Source: Alphaproteobacteria bacterium WMHbin7 (GTDB lineage Bacteria; Pseudomonadota; Alphaproteobacteria; Rhodospirillales; WMHbin7). Taken from it: a DNA stretch of 64,000 nt. The position numbers were made by a program, and so were the translations under genes. Below the pieces are notes generated by a model. The model was not told the DNA's origin and did not search any database. It saw nothing but the letters and a program-made list of their open reading frames with translations. The stretch covers positions 14,399-78,398 of the forward strand of contig PDZW01000011.1 in the NCBI GenBank assembly GCA_002753155.1, written 5' to 3'. Below are positions 1 through 11,248 of the stretch, one piece after another. Every line of letters starts with the position of its first letter. Position 1 is the stretch's first letter.

Positions 1-1067
1 CCGGTCATTCGGTGGGCGAGGTCTGCTTTAACACCGCGATGACCGGCTATCAGGAGACGCTGACCGATCCCTCCTATGCCGGGCAGATCATCACCTTCAC
101 CTTCCCGCATATCGGCAATGTCGGCACCAATGCCGAGGACATCGAGACCGCGACACCGGCGGTGCGCGGTCTGGTCATCCGGGCCGACATCACCGAACCC
201 GCCAACTGGCGGGCCACCCAGCATCTGGATGCCTGGCTGAAATCGCATGGCATTACGGGCCTGTGTGGCGTGGATACGCGCAAGTTGACGCGGCGCATCC
301 GCGACCTGGGCGCACCCAACGGCGTCATCGTGCATGCCCCCGAAGGCAACATCGACGCGGCCAGATATCAGGCCGAGGCGCTGAAATGGCCGGGCCTCGA
401 AGGCATGGACCTGGCCCTGAGCGTCACCTGCCGCCAGACCTATTCCTGGGATGAAGCGGACTGGGTGCTGGGCCAGGGCTATGGCCGCCAAACGTCCCCC
501 AAACTCCACGTCGTCGCCCTCGATTTCGGGGCCAAGCGCAACATCCTGCGCTGTCTGGCCGCATCGGGCTGCAAGGTGACCGTGCTGCCCGCCCAAAGCA
601 GTTTCGATGACGTGATGCGCCATGCGCCCGACGGCGTGTTTCTGTCAAACGGCCCCGGCGATCCGGCGGCGACCGGCGCCTATGCCGTGCCGGTGATTCG
701 AAAGCTGATCGAGAAAAACGTGCCCCTGTTCGGCATTTGCCTGGGCCATCAGATGCTGGGCCTGGCCCTGGGCGGGCATACGCGCAAGATGGAGCGCGGG
801 CATCGGGGGGCTAATCACCCGGTCAAGGATCTGGCCACCGGCAAGGTGGAAATCACCAGCCAGAATCATGGCTTCATGGTCGATGAGGACAGCCTGCCCA
901 AGGGCGTTTCCATCACCCATCGCTCGCTGTTCGACGGCTCGGTCGAGGGGATCTCGGTCGAGGGCAAGCCGGTCTTTTCGGTGCAGTATCATCCCGAAGC
1001 CTCGCCCGGCCCCAAGGACAGCCACTATCTCTTCGCCCGCTTCGTCGAGATGATGGGGAAGAAGTAG
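1..1067 (+). CDS. carA: carbamoyl-phosphate synthase small subunit (5' truncated by window edge)
   Basis: GEVCFNTAMTGYQETLTDPSY, LSNGPGDP, GICLGHQ and QYHPEASPGP glutamine amidotransferase motifs. Confidence 0.97.
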   Translation, partial: GHSVGEVCFNTAMTGYQETLTDPSYAGQIITFTFPHIGNVGTNAEDIETATPAVRGLVIRADITEPANWRATQHLDAWLKSHGITGLCGVDTRKLTRRIRDLGAPNGVIVHAPEGNIDAARYQAEALKWPGLEGMDLALSVTCRQTYSWDEADWVLGQGYGRQTSPKLHVVALDFGAKRNILRCLAASGCKVTVLPAQSSFDDVMRHAPDGVFLSNGPGDPAATGAYAVPVIRKLIEKNVPLFGICLGHQMLGLALGGHTRKMERGHRGANHPVKDLATGKVEITSQNHGFMVDEDSLPKGVSITHRSLFDGSVEGISVEGKPVFSVQYHPEASPGPKDSHYLFARFVEMMGKK

Positions 1068-1362
1068 GCTGTAATTAAGCCGCTCTTACGAAGAGGCGTA
1101 CAGATGGCCTGCTCCAAGGAAGCCTTAAACTTTACGCATTGCTCTTTTATCAGCTCTCTGTTATAAGCTCGCCACGACGGGCACTCGGCCTGTCATGGTT
1201 CTGGTGATCGCGCACGAGGGGCTGGTTTCGTTTCCGCCCGGCGATACCCCAAAAAAACCTTCCTTACTTCCCGCTGGTCGCGTGCCCCAGGGGCGCGCAA
1301 CCCTGTCCCTCGCGGATGCCCTTGGCGTTCGCGCCGGACCTTTTTGAAAGTTGATTCATCAC

Positions 1363-2667
1363 ATGACCGTTTCCTTTTCCGATCTGGGCTTGGCCCAGAC
1401 CCTGCTGTCTGCCCTGACCACCGAGGGCTACACCACGCCAACGCCCATTCAGGTCGCCACCATTCCGCATCTGTTGAAGGGCCGCGACGTTTTAGGCATC
1501 GCCCAAACCGGTACTGGCAAGACGGCGGCCTTCGCCCTTCCCATCCTTCAGCGCATCGCCACCGAACCGCGCCGCCTGGTGCCGCGTTCGGCCCGCGCCC
1601 TGATCCTGACGCCCACGCGCGAACTGGCCGCCCAGATCAGCACCGGTTTCGCCACCTACGGACGCAACATCCGCTTCAAGCGCGCCCTTGTCTTCGGCGG
1701 CGTCGGCCAGATGCCCCAGGTGAAGTCGCTGATCAACGGCACCGATGTCCTGATCGCAACCCCCGGCCGCCTGCTCGACCTCATGAACCAGGGCCATGTG
1801 CGCCTCGACTTCGTCGAGATGCTGGTGCTGGACGAGGCCGACCGCATGCTCGACATGGGCTTCATCCATGACGTCAAGCGCATCGCCGACCGCCTGCCCA
1901 AGGAACGCCAGACGCTTCTTTTCTCGGCCACCATGCCGGATTCGGTGACGTCCCTGGCCGCCGGTCTTCTGAAGAATCCGGAACGGGTCGAGATCACGCC
2001 CACCTCGACCACGGTCGAGCGCATTGATCAGAAGGTCATGTTCGTCACCCGCGAAAACAAGCGCGGCCTGCTGGCCCATGTGCTGAAGGATCGCGCGGTC
2101 ACCCGCGCCATCGTCTTTACCCGCACCAAGCACGGAGCCGACCGCGTGGCCGAGCAGTTGGAGAAGTCGGGCGTTTCCGCCCAGGCCATCCACGGCAACA
2201 AGACGCAGACGGCCCGCCAGAAGGCGCTTGAATCCTTCCGCAACGGCAATATCCGCGCCCTGGTCGCCACCGACATCGCAGCGCGCGGCATCGATATCGA
2301 CGGCATCAGCCATGTCATCAATTTCGAACTGCCCAACGAGCCGGAAAGCTACGTGCATCGCATTGGCCGCACGGCCAGGGCCGGCGCGGATGGAATCGCC
2401 CTGTCATTCTGCGACGCCGAGGAAGTGGGCTATCTGAAGACGATCGAGCGGACCATCCGCCAGTCGATTCCGTCCCATGACGATCACGCCTTCCACGCCG
2501 TGGCGATTGCCGACATGCGCCACAGCACGCGCCCCAAGCCCGCCCAGAAGCGCCAGGGCCAAGCCGCCAGACACCGCAATGGCGGCGGCAAACCGGCACA
2601 GCCCAAAAGCAACAGCAGCCGCAACACGCCCAGGCACGCCCAGGCCAAGCGGCAGCAGAAGGGCTAA
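1363..2667 (+). CDS. rhlE: DEAD-box RNA helicase, RhlE type
   Basis: Q motif [36 protein letters not shown]; basic C-terminal tail; ATG at 1363 preferred over TTG at 1351. Confidence 0.9.
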   Translation: MTVSFSDLGLAQTLLSALTTEGYTTPTPIQVATIPHLLKGRDVLGIAQTGTGKTAAFALPILQRIATEPRRLVPRSARALILTPTRELAAQISTGFATYGRNIRFKRALVFGGVGQMPQVKSLINGTDVLIATPGRLLDLMNQGHVRLDFVEMLVLDEADRMLDMGFIHDVKRIADRLPKERQTLLFSATMPDSVTSLAAGLLKNPERVEITPTSTTVERIDQKVMFVTRENKRGLLAHVLKDRAVTRAIVFTRTKHGADRVAEQLEKSGVSAQAIHGNKTQTARQKALESFRNGNIRALVATDIAARGIDIDGISHVINFELPNEPESYVHRIGRTARAGADGIALSFCDAEEVGYLKTIERTIRQSIPSHDDHAFHAVAIADMRHSTRPKPAQKRQGQAARHRNGGGKPAQPKSNSSRNTPRHAQAKRQQKG

Positions 2668-2674
2668 ATTTTCT

Positions 2675-2974
2675 TCACCCTGTTCCCTGCGCGGCCTGAT
2701 CGGCCGCCAGGGCCAGGGCGAAGTCCTTTTCTGTCAGGCCATCTGCATCATGCGTACTGAGGACGACCTCGACGCGGCTGTAGATATTGCTCCATTCGGG
2801 ATGATGGTTCAGCCGCTCTGCCGCCAGGGCGACACGCGTCATGAAGCCGAAAGCCTCTGAAAAATCCTTGAACTGAAAATTCTTGCGAATGGCGTCGCGA
2901 CCGGGCGTCTTGCGCCAGCCGCTCATGCGGTCAAGGTGCTCGCTGACGGTCTCGGAGGGTAGCTTCTCGGACAT
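2675..2974 (-). CDS. pterin-4-alpha-carbinolamine dehydratase (PhhB/PCD family)
   Basis: F.DF.EAFGFM, NHHPEW, LSTHDADGLTEKD motifs. Confidence 0.9.
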   Translation of the reverse strand: MSEKLPSETVSEHLDRMSGWRKTPGRDAIRKNFQFKDFSEAFGFMTRVALAAERLNHHPEWSNIYSRVEVVLSTHDADGLTEKDFALALAADQAAQGTG

Positions 2975-3037
2975 GGCGACACATACCTCATTCCAACCCA
3001 CCCCGTGATCAAGACATGGGATGCCGCCCGGCTTGTT

Positions 3038-3361
3038 TCATCCCCCTTGCTGTAGGGGGATAAGACGATAGCCCTTGGCCTGCATGCAGGTGGCATAGAA
3101 GCGGTTTTCCCAGGAATAGCGGTCAAAAGCATTGGATTGCGGGAAATAGCCCAATGAAGAACCGTGCCCCCAGCTTCGCATCCGGTAGCGGAACATGAAG
3201 TCATTCTCGGCATCGACGGCCTGATGCCAGGCGATGCGCTCGCAGTCCGTCTGCTCGCCCCGTTTCGCTTCCAGGCTGAGGCCCGGCTTGTCCCAGACCA
3301 TCGGCGGCCCGCAAGCGGCCAGAAGAAACAACAACGAGAACAGGCAGGCGATTCGTTTCAT
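3038..3361 (-). CDS. small hypothetical lipoprotein
   Basis: MKRIACLFSLLFLLAAC lipobox; two further Cys (DCE, CMQAKGY). Confidence 0.7.
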   Translation of the reverse strand: MKRIACLFSLLFLLAACGPPMVWDKPGLSLEAKRGEQTDCERIAWHQAVDAENDFMFRYRMRSWGHGSSLGYFPQSNAFDRYSWENRFYATCMQAKGYRLIPLQQGG

Positions 3362-3392
3362 GCCCGCATCCTGAACCAAGTCTGTGGCAAAA

Positions 3393-4559
3393 TCAGGGCG
3401 ACGAGGCCTTTGCCTGATGGACCAGAAGCCATAGGCCAAGCATGGCAACCAGAGGGGTTAGCGGCACGAACAACCACATGCCGAAGGGACGCGCCAACAG
3501 CGGCAGCGCCCAGAGCAGGGCGTAGAAGCTGATTTCCCAGGGCCTGAATTTTCCGCCATGGGCCTTCAACAGCAAGGGCACGGCCAGCAGCATCAGGTCG
3601 TAATCCAGCAGATAAGGGGCGGCCAGCAGTGTGCCCAGCACCAGAGAAGCCGCCTTGTCTTCAAGCATTGTTTCAGAGCGGCGCCATAGCCAGGCCACCA
3701 CGCCCGCCGCAACCAAGGCCGAAACCGCCTGAATCATCCAGGCCAGATCGATTCCCGCGCCCAGAAGGCGGGCGGCGGCAAAGACGTTCTGCATCTTGCC
3801 ATAACCGATGGCCCCGCCTTCCAGCACGGCATGGCGGGTCAGCGGCACACTGTCGATGAAGGCCTGCCAGGACTCCATGCCCAGGACAAGCCAGGACAGA
3901 ACCGCCATACCCAGCACGGAAAGGGTTGCGCCGCCAAAGGCCCGCCACAAGCCGCCAGCCGCCAGGGCCACGGGGATCAGCACGCCCAGTTGCGGCTTGA
4001 AGGACAGGCCGCCCAGCAAAGCACCCGCCAGCCAGGGATGACTGTCCAGAAGGCGCAGGCCGCCCAGCAGCAAGGCCGACGACAAAAAGGCGTTATGGCC
4101 ATGCGTGATATTGATGAACAGGCCCGGGAAGGCCCAGGCGGCAAGACGATCAAATACCAGCCCGCGGGCTGCTTGGCGCATCATTTCGAAGGTCACGGCC
4201 AACCAGACCGCCACCGAGGCCAGATAAGGCAACAGCGCCAGCAAAGCGGCCACGATCAGCAAAGGCGGCGGATAATGCCAGCCGTAATAGGTGGCGAGTT
4301 TCGGAAACAGCGCAATCTCAACCCTGGCGTGGCTGGGATAATCCCAAGCCAGGGCTGGTGTGCCCTCAAGTGCCAGCCTGCCCGCCGCCCAGACATTGAG
4401 AAAATCCGTGCCCAAGGGACGGCCCTTGAAATCCATGCCGTCCGACGAGGTGACGATCAGAAAGACGAGAGCAGAAATGAATCCCACAAGGGCGATCAGG
4501 CACCAAGCGCGGCGGCGCTTGTCGGTCAGCCAGACGCCCGAGCGCAGCATCTCACGCAT
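3393..4559 (-). CDS. GT87/DUF2029-type multi-TM glycosyltransferase (GT-C fold)
   Basis: GTDF..WAAG, WHYPP, KPQLG and PY.LDYD motifs; many hydrophobic helices. Confidence 0.8.
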   Translation of the reverse strand: MREMLRSGVWLTDKRRRAWCLIALVGFISALVFLIVTSSDGMDFKGRPLGTDFLNVWAAGRLALEGTPALAWDYPSHARVEIALFPKLATYYGWHYPPPLLIVAALLALLPYLASVAVWLAVTFEMMRQAARGLVFDRLAAWAFPGLFINITHGHNAFLSSALLLGGLRLLDSHPWLAGALLGGLSFKPQLGVLIPVALAAGGLWRAFGGATLSVLGMAVLSWLVLGMESWQAFIDSVPLTRHAVLEGGAIGYGKMQNVFAAARLLGAGIDLAWMIQAVSALVAAGVVAWLWRRSETMLEDKAASLVLGTLLAAPYLLDYDLMLLAVPLLLKAHGGKFRPWEISFYALLWALPLLARPFGMWLFVPLTPLVAMLGLWLLVHQAKASSP

Positions 4560-5028
4560 GAAGCGTCATCCAGATCATGCCCAAGGCCATGGCCACTCCG
4601 TAGGGCATGGCGCTTTTTGCTCCGAGAAGACGTCGCAAGGCGGGCATGCGGCGAACCCGCTCGGGCCAGGAAATGCGGCGCACCAACAGCAAGGCCAGGG
4701 CCAGCACGCCGCCCGCCAGCGTCATGGCAAACACGAAGGCCAACAGAGGCTGCCAGCCCAGCCACAGGCTTAATGCCGCAAACAGCTTGGCATCGCCCCC
4801 ACCCCATAGACGGGCCATGAACAAGAGAAGGCCGACAGCAAGCATGCCCGCCCCCGCCCAGAGATGATCAAGCAGATCCCCTCCGTCCAGGCCGGCCAGC
4901 AAAGCGACGGGAAAGAACAGGGCGGCCAACCCCAGAGTCAGCGCATTCGGAATACGAAAGCGCAACAGATCGATTCCAGCCCCCGCAAGGGCACCCAGGG
5001 TGGGAAGAAGGAGCAGAAAAAAAGTCAT
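4552..5028 (-). CDS. cpaA: prepilin peptidase, CpaA/TadV (A24) family
   Basis: DLLRFRIPN, GGGDAKL and MPYGVA motifs; directly downstream of a flp pilin. Confidence 0.88.
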   Translation of the reverse strand: MTFFLLLLPTLGALAGAGIDLLRFRIPNALTLGLAALFFPVALLAGLDGGDLLDHLWAGAGMLAVGLLLFMARLWGGGDAKLFAALSLWLGWQPLLAFVFAMTLAGGVLALALLLVRRISWPERVRRMPALRRLLGAKSAMPYGVAMALGMIWMTLHA

Positions 5029-5054
5029 GCACTCATGGGAAAGGCGGCAGAGGG

Positions 5055-5092
5055 AAAAAGGAAAAGCGCCCTTCGGTCTCCCGAAGAGCGCT
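5055..5092 (-). terminator. intrinsic terminator/attenuator between flp and cpaA
   Basis: minus strand AGCGCTCTTCGG-GAGA-CCGAAGGGCGCT followed by TTTCCTTTTT. Confidence 0.75.
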
Positions 5093-5135
5093 CTTCTTGC
5101 ATCTTGCGGACAACGTGTGCCCTGAGGCCGAAGCC

Positions 5136-5342
5136 TCAGCCGCCGCGCTGCTGCAGATTGCTCTGAACATCCGTGAACAGGTTGATCAAATCACTGCCGA
5201 CGCCATAGACGACGGCGACGATGGCCACGGCAATGCCAGCGGCGATCAGGCCGTATTCGATGGCGGTGGCGCCCTTGTCCTCGGTCAGAAGACGTTCTGC
5301 ACGGTTCTTAACGCCGAGAAAGGTTGTGTACAGTCGAAGCAT
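5136..5342 (-). CDS. flp: Flp family type IVc pilin
   Basis: KG|ATAIEYGLIAA cleavage/Flp motif then hydrophobic helix; SD AAGGAG upstream. Confidence 0.93.
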   Translation of the reverse strand: MLRLYTTFLGVKNRAERLLTEDKGATAIEYGLIAAGIAVAIVAVVYGVGSDLINLFTDVQSNLQQRGG

Positions 5343-5692
5343 TTTTAGTCTCCTTCGGTTGATCCAGTCTCGCCGCGTACTCTGGTCCTGCCGCCTTAGG
5401 GCCCGTTAGGGAAGTGCTGTCCTGAAGCATCGATCCTTAACAGTCCTGTGGGCTTTAGGGCGCTTGTGAACCGCTGCGGCGTCCGTAAGTCCTCCGAGAA
5501 CAAGCTTACTCCAATCTCGGGGTTGCGCAACAAGATTTTCTCTCCTTATGCAATGATTTTATTGATTTTTTAGGAACCCTCTGGATTCATGCGCTTTTTG
5601 AAGGCTTGCTTGGATACGCATAAAATTTGCCGTAATTTCAAGGGGTTTACGGCCGATCAGGTCAAGCCCTTGGAAATCCAGGAAAGCCGCCG

Positions 5693-6424
5693 TTATCTGG
5701 CTCGCGCCATCAGGCGCAGCCGCTCATAGTCGCGAACCACCATGCCAAGATGGCGCCGCTCCAGAATGCCCTCGCGCGCCAACTCGCCCACCACCTGGGC
5801 TACGATTTCCGTGCTGGTGCCGGTCCAACTGGCGAGGTCCTTGTGCTTGGGCATTTCGGAAATCAGATACTGCCCGGGCTTTTTGTTGTCTGGCTTGGCC
5901 AGATGCAGCAGTTCGGTGAAAACGCGCTCGGGCTCGGAGAGCGTGGAAAGTTCGGTCACCCGCGAATCGAGACGGCGGATGATGTCGGCCAGACGCAGGG
6001 TAACGCGCAGAGCCAGCTTGGGAAAACGGATCATGGCTTCACGAAAGGCGGGGCCCTCGAGCGAAGCCAGAATACTGGGCTCGCTGGTCACCACCTTGGC
6101 CGAACGCGGCTTGCCATCCAGGGCCGCCAGTTCGCCGAAATATTCCCCGGCCACGAAATTGGCCAGCGTCACCTCGCGCTTCTCGCGGGCATAGGGCGAA
6201 TAGGAGAGAACGCGCACCGAACCCTCGATCAGGAAATAGACCTCAAGCGTGTCGCTTTCCTTGTCGAAAACGATGCTGTCGGCGCCAAGCTGATGCCAAT
6301 GGCAAAGCTGCTCGATCTCGGTCAGTTCCGAATCGGTCAGTCCATCGAGAAGAGTGACGACTTTGAGTCGGGACGTGGACAGGCAGGCCTCCATGCTTTT
6401 CCCCGGCAGGATTATGACAGGCAA
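5693..6424 (-). CDS. Crp/Fnr family transcriptional regulator (start uncertain)
   Basis: cNMP-binding FGELAALDGKPRSA; C-terminal HTH HKDLASWTGTSTEIV. Confidence 0.88.
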   Translation of the reverse strand: MPVIILPGKSMEACLSTSRLKVVTLLDGLTDSELTEIEQLCHWHQLGADSIVFDKESDTLEVYFLIEGSVRVLSYSPYAREKREVTLANFVAGEYFGELAALDGKPRSAKVVTSEPSILASLEGPAFREAMIRFPKLALRVTLRLADIIRRLDSRVTELSTLSEPERVFTELLHLAKPDNKKPGQYLISEMPKHKDLASWTGTSTEIVAQVVGELAREGILERRHLGMVVRDYERLRLMARAR

Positions 6425-6524
6425 ATCCCGGTGATCAATCTTTAAGATAGGTTTCGCGACGGCTTTTCATCCGGGCATCCAGGGCCTATAAGGAAAGCTT
6501 AAAAATCGCATCGGAAGGTTTGTC

Positions 6525-7823
<1,299 letters not shown>

Positions 7824-7884
7824 TACCAACCTATTGTGTCATACTTCTTGCCAGTCTACAATATAGGCCTCAATTGGGGGGAAC

Positions 7885-9507
7885 ATGACCAACGCCCTTT
7901 ACTATGGCGACAATTTGAAGGTCTTACGCGAGGTCATCGCGGACGAGAGCATTGACCTGATCTATCTCGACCCTCCCTTTAATAGCCAGGCAAACTATAA
8001 CGTTCTCTTTAAGAGCCACTCAGGCAAAGGTACGGACGCCCAGATTGAAGCTTTCAAGGACACTTGGACCTGGGGCGAAGAAGCCGAGATGGCCTATTCC
8101 GAGGTCCTGGAATCCTCCAACACTCAAGCCGCCGAAATGCTGAGTGCAATGCGCTCGTTCTTGGGCGAGAACGATATGATGGCCTATTTAACAATGATGG
8201 CCATCCGCCTTCTTGAATTGCATCGTGTATTGAAGCCTACAGGTTCGCTATATCTGCACTGCGACCCAACGGCCAGTCATTACCTTAAGGTTTTGATGGA
8301 TGCCGTAATTGGCGTCGAGTATTATCGCAATGAAATAACCTGGAAACGAACCACTACCCACAGCGACAGTAAAACATGGAGCCGCGTGTCGGACATAATT
8401 TTGTTTTACACTAAAGGGCGCACGTTCACTTGGAATATTCCTAGAGACACCCATTCGCAGGACTACATCGCATCGAAGTACCGCCATGACGATGGAGACG
8501 GGCGACGTTACCAGCTAGATAATATGACTAGCCCAAATCCACGGCCCAACATGATGTATGAATGGAATGGTTTCGCACATCCTGCAAAGGGATGGCGATA
8601 TTCAAAGGATACAATGGCGTCCTTAGATAAAGAAGGAAGAATTTGGTACCCTCAACTCAGTGATGGGACCTATGACATTTCGAGACGACCGCGTTTGAAG
8701 CGCTATCTTGAGGAAATGGAAGGTGGGGTAGTCGGGGCTGTTTGGACTGATATCCCGCCTATTAATTCTCAAGCACAGGAACGCCTTGGCTACCCGACAC
8801 AAAAGCCTTTAGCTCTTTTGGAACGCATCCTAAGTGCTTCCTCAAACGAAGGGGACGTCGTATTAGATCCCTTCTGTGGTTGCGGCACAACAGTTCACGC
8901 CGCACAGAAGCTGGGGCGCCAATGGATCGGAATTGATGTCACACATTTAGCCGTTTCTCTGATCGAACGCCGGCTGAAGGACGCCTTTCCCGGCATCGAG
9001 TTCGACGTTCATGGCACGCCCCAGGATTTGGCAAGCGCGCTTGATCTGGCTCGCCGCGACAAATATCAATTCCAATGGTGGGCTGTGTCGATGGTCGACG
9101 CCCGGCCTTACGCAGGCAAAAAAAAGGGGGCCGATGGCGGCATCGACGGCATCCTTTTCTTCCGCGGCGGCGACAACAAGACCGAAAAAGCCCTGGTTTC
9201 CGTCAAGGGCGGTGAAAATGTCGGCGTCGGCATGGTGCGCGACCTGATTGCCGTGGTCGAACGCGAGAAGGCCGCCATCGGCATTCTGATTTCCCTCGCA
9301 CTCCCCACCAAGCCGATGGAAAAGGAAGCAGCGGCGGCGGGTTTTTTCGACTCCCCCGTCGGCAAGGTACCGAAAATCCAGATCATCACCCTGGCCGAAC
9401 TGTTCCAGGGCATCAAACCCCGCGTTCCGTTGATCGACACCGCCGCCACGTTCAAAACGGCGGCGAAGGAAGACCGCAACAAGGGAAAGCAAGGCAAACT
9501 GCTGTAG
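7885..9507 (+). CDS. beta-class N6A/N4C DNA methyltransferase fused to a C-terminal Mrr-like nuclease domain
   Basis: motif IV YLDPPF precedes motif [11 protein letters not shown]; YPTQKP; C-terminal ADGGIDG...VSVKGG resembles a PD-(D/E)xK core. Confidence 0.85.
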   Translation: MTNALYYGDNLKVLREVIADESIDLIYLDPPFNSQANYNVLFKSHSGKGTDAQIEAFKDTWTWGEEAEMAYSEVLESSNTQAAEMLSAMRSFLGENDMMAYLTMMAIRLLELHRVLKPTGSLYLHCDPTASHYLKVLMDAVIGVEYYRNEITWKRTTTHSDSKTWSRVSDIILFYTKGRTFTWNIPRDTHSQDYIASKYRHDDGDGRRYQLDNMTSPNPRPNMMYEWNGFAHPAKGWRYSKDTMASLDKEGRIWYPQLSDGTYDISRRPRLKRYLEEMEGGVVGAVWTDIPPINSQAQERLGYPTQKPLALLERILSASSNEGDVVLDPFCGCGTTVHAAQKLGRQWIGIDVTHLAVSLIERRLKDAFPGIEFDVHGTPQDLASALDLARRDKYQFQWWAVSMVDARPYAGKKKGADGGIDGILFFRGGDNKTEKALVSVKGGENVGVGMVRDLIAVVEREKAAIGILISLALPTKPMEKEAAAAGFFDSPVGKVPKIQIITLAELFQGIKPRVPLIDTAATFKTAAKEDRNKGKQGKLL

Positions 9508-9530
9508 AGCATCGCGTGATACTCTACCCC

Positions 9531-10013
9531 TCACCCTCCGCAGCATTTCTTGTATTTCTTGCCCGAGCCGCAGGGGCACGGATCGTTGCGCCCCACCTTC
9601 TGGGCCTGACGCGGGGCTCCCTTGGGTCCCACCTCGCCCGAAACATAAAGCCATTCGCCATTTTCGCGCCTAAATGACGCCCGTTCGTGATGGGCCAAAG
9701 GCTTGCCGTTCGATTTGAAGCGGGCGACATATTCAACGCTGGCAGAATTCTCGCCCTCTTCGCCGCCATCTACGGCACGAAGCTCGAATCCCAAGGCTTC
9801 AACCCCCTTCATCGCCGCCTCGACCGCGTGGCGATCCATATCGGCCTTGGCTTCGGCGGCCAATGTGCGCTCTAGGAAATCGAGGTCACCCCCCACGAAG
9901 GCCACGTAACGCGCCCGCATCAAGGCCTCGGCGGTCATGGCCGGTGTCCCCTTCAGAATGGGGCCGCAACAAGCCACAAAATCCAGGCCCGACGAGCAAG
10001 GACAAAGAGTCAT
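9531..10013 (-). CDS. YchJ family protein with SEC-C motifs (copy A)
   Basis: [25 protein letters not shown]-terminal [18 protein letters not shown]. Confidence 0.92.
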   Translation of the reverse strand: MTLCPCSSGLDFVACCGPILKGTPAMTAEALMRARYVAFVGGDLDFLERTLAAEAKADMDRHAVEAAMKGVEALGFELRAVDGGEEGENSASVEYVARFKSNGKPLAHHERASFRRENGEWLYVSGEVGPKGAPRQAQKVGRNDPCPCGSGKKYKKCCGG

Positions 10014-10759
10014 GCGCCATCTCCCTCATTGCGTTGCAGACCTTCCATTTCAACGGCCCAGTCGGCATAGTTGCGCGCGTAGTCCTGATCGCTTGCAAGC
10101 GCTTGAAACCGGCGCAGAACCGGGGCCTGACGCCTGGCGAAATCCGCCAGATCGACAAAGCCCGCCTTGCGCAGCAAAGGCGATATTTTCAAGATCATCT
10201 GGCCCCCGCCGGGTCGCAAGGCCAGTTTCTCCATCTCGGCTTTGAAAGCAGGACTGCTCTTTAGAAGAAAATCACCGTAAGCCTTGACGATGGGAGCCTG
10301 ACTTTCGAAGGCCCTGCGCTCGGCATCGAAATCCCTGGAATCCAGAATTTTTCCCTCGCGGTAGACGGCGGGGGCCACGGCCGATATGTCGCAAAGCCAA
10401 TCCTTGCGAGGAATCAGCAGATCGGCCTGATCCTTTTCCTCGCGGTCGGCAGAGAAGGGCATGACGCGACAACGCAAGGGTTTCTCGTGGTGAATGGCGC
10501 ATTTTCCGTCATCGGCCAGGGCCGGGCAGGCTTGCTGAGGCGGCAGATAGGATAGCGGCGTGATGCGCAGCGCCACTTTCTTGCTGAGCGGCAGGCCCAG
10601 ACGCTCGGTCAGCGCGAAGGCTTTGGCGCCCTGACGGACAGTGCTCCACAGCACCGCCAGGGGAAAGCGGTGGGCGTGGCGCACCGCGTCCTCAAGGGTA
10701 AGAGGCAGCCAGCCCTGGCAGCATTTCCCGCAGACCGTACAGGCGAAGCGGCGCTCCAT
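10010..10759 (-). CDS. YkgJ/FliB-like cysteine-cluster protein
   Basis: FAC..CGKCC, CPAL..DGKC.IH..KP.RCR..PF. Confidence 0.85.
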   Translation of the reverse strand: MERRFACTVCGKCCQGWLPLTLEDAVRHAHRFPLAVLWSTVRQGAKAFALTERLGLPLSKKVALRITPLSYLPPQQACPALADDGKCAIHHEKPLRCRVMPFSADREEKDQADLLIPRKDWLCDISAVAPAVYREGKILDSRDFDAERRAFESQAPIVKAYGDFLLKSSPAFKAEMEKLALRPGGGQMILKISPLLRKAGFVDLADFARRQAPVLRRFQALASDQDYARNYADWAVEMEGLQRNEGDGA

Positions 10760-10765
10760 CTGAAA

Positions 10766-11248
10766 TTAGGCGCCGCAGCACTTCTTGTATTTCTTGCCCG
10801 AGCCGCAGGGGCAAGGATCGTTGCGCCCGACTTTCTCCACATGCCGAGGTGGTCCCTTGGGTCCCACTTCGCCATCGACATAGATCCAGTTGCCGTCCTC
10901 CTTGCGAAAGACCGCCTTCTCATGGTGCAGCAAAGGCTCGCCATGCACCTTGAGGCGGGCGATGAATTCGACCATGCCCGTACTGTCATTCTCGCCGCCG
11001 CCTTCGGTATGGCGCACCTCAAGCCCCAGGGGCTTGGCGTTCTGAATGGTTTCCAGAAGTTCCTCGCGGTCGTAATCGTCATGCGATTCCACGGCCAGAG
11101 TCCGGTCGAGAAAGGCCATGTTGCCGCTGGTAAAGGCGCAATAGCGGGCCCGCATCAAGGCCTCGGCTGTCGGGGCTTGGGCTCCGTCCAGAATGGGGCC
11201 GCAGCAGGCGGCGAAGTCGCGTCCCGAACTGCAAGGGCAAAGCGTCAT
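10766..11248 (-). CDS. YchJ family protein with SEC-C motifs (copy B)
   Basis: same motifs and same 160-aa length as 9531..10013. Confidence 0.92.
   Translation of the reverse strand: MTLCPCSSGRDFAACCGPILDGAQAPTAEALMRARYCAFTSGNMAFLDRTLAVESHDDYDREELLETIQNAKPLGLEVRHTEGGGENDSTGMVEFIARLKVHGEPLLHHEKAVFRKEDGNWIYVDGEVGPKGPPRHVEKVGRNDPCPCGSGKKYKKCCGA

Noticed and set aside
5343-5692. c-di-GMP riboswitch or CtrA boxes upstream of flp
   Set aside because: No GEMM consensus (GGCAAA..GAAA..GACGCAAAG) and no clean TTAA-N7-TTAA found.
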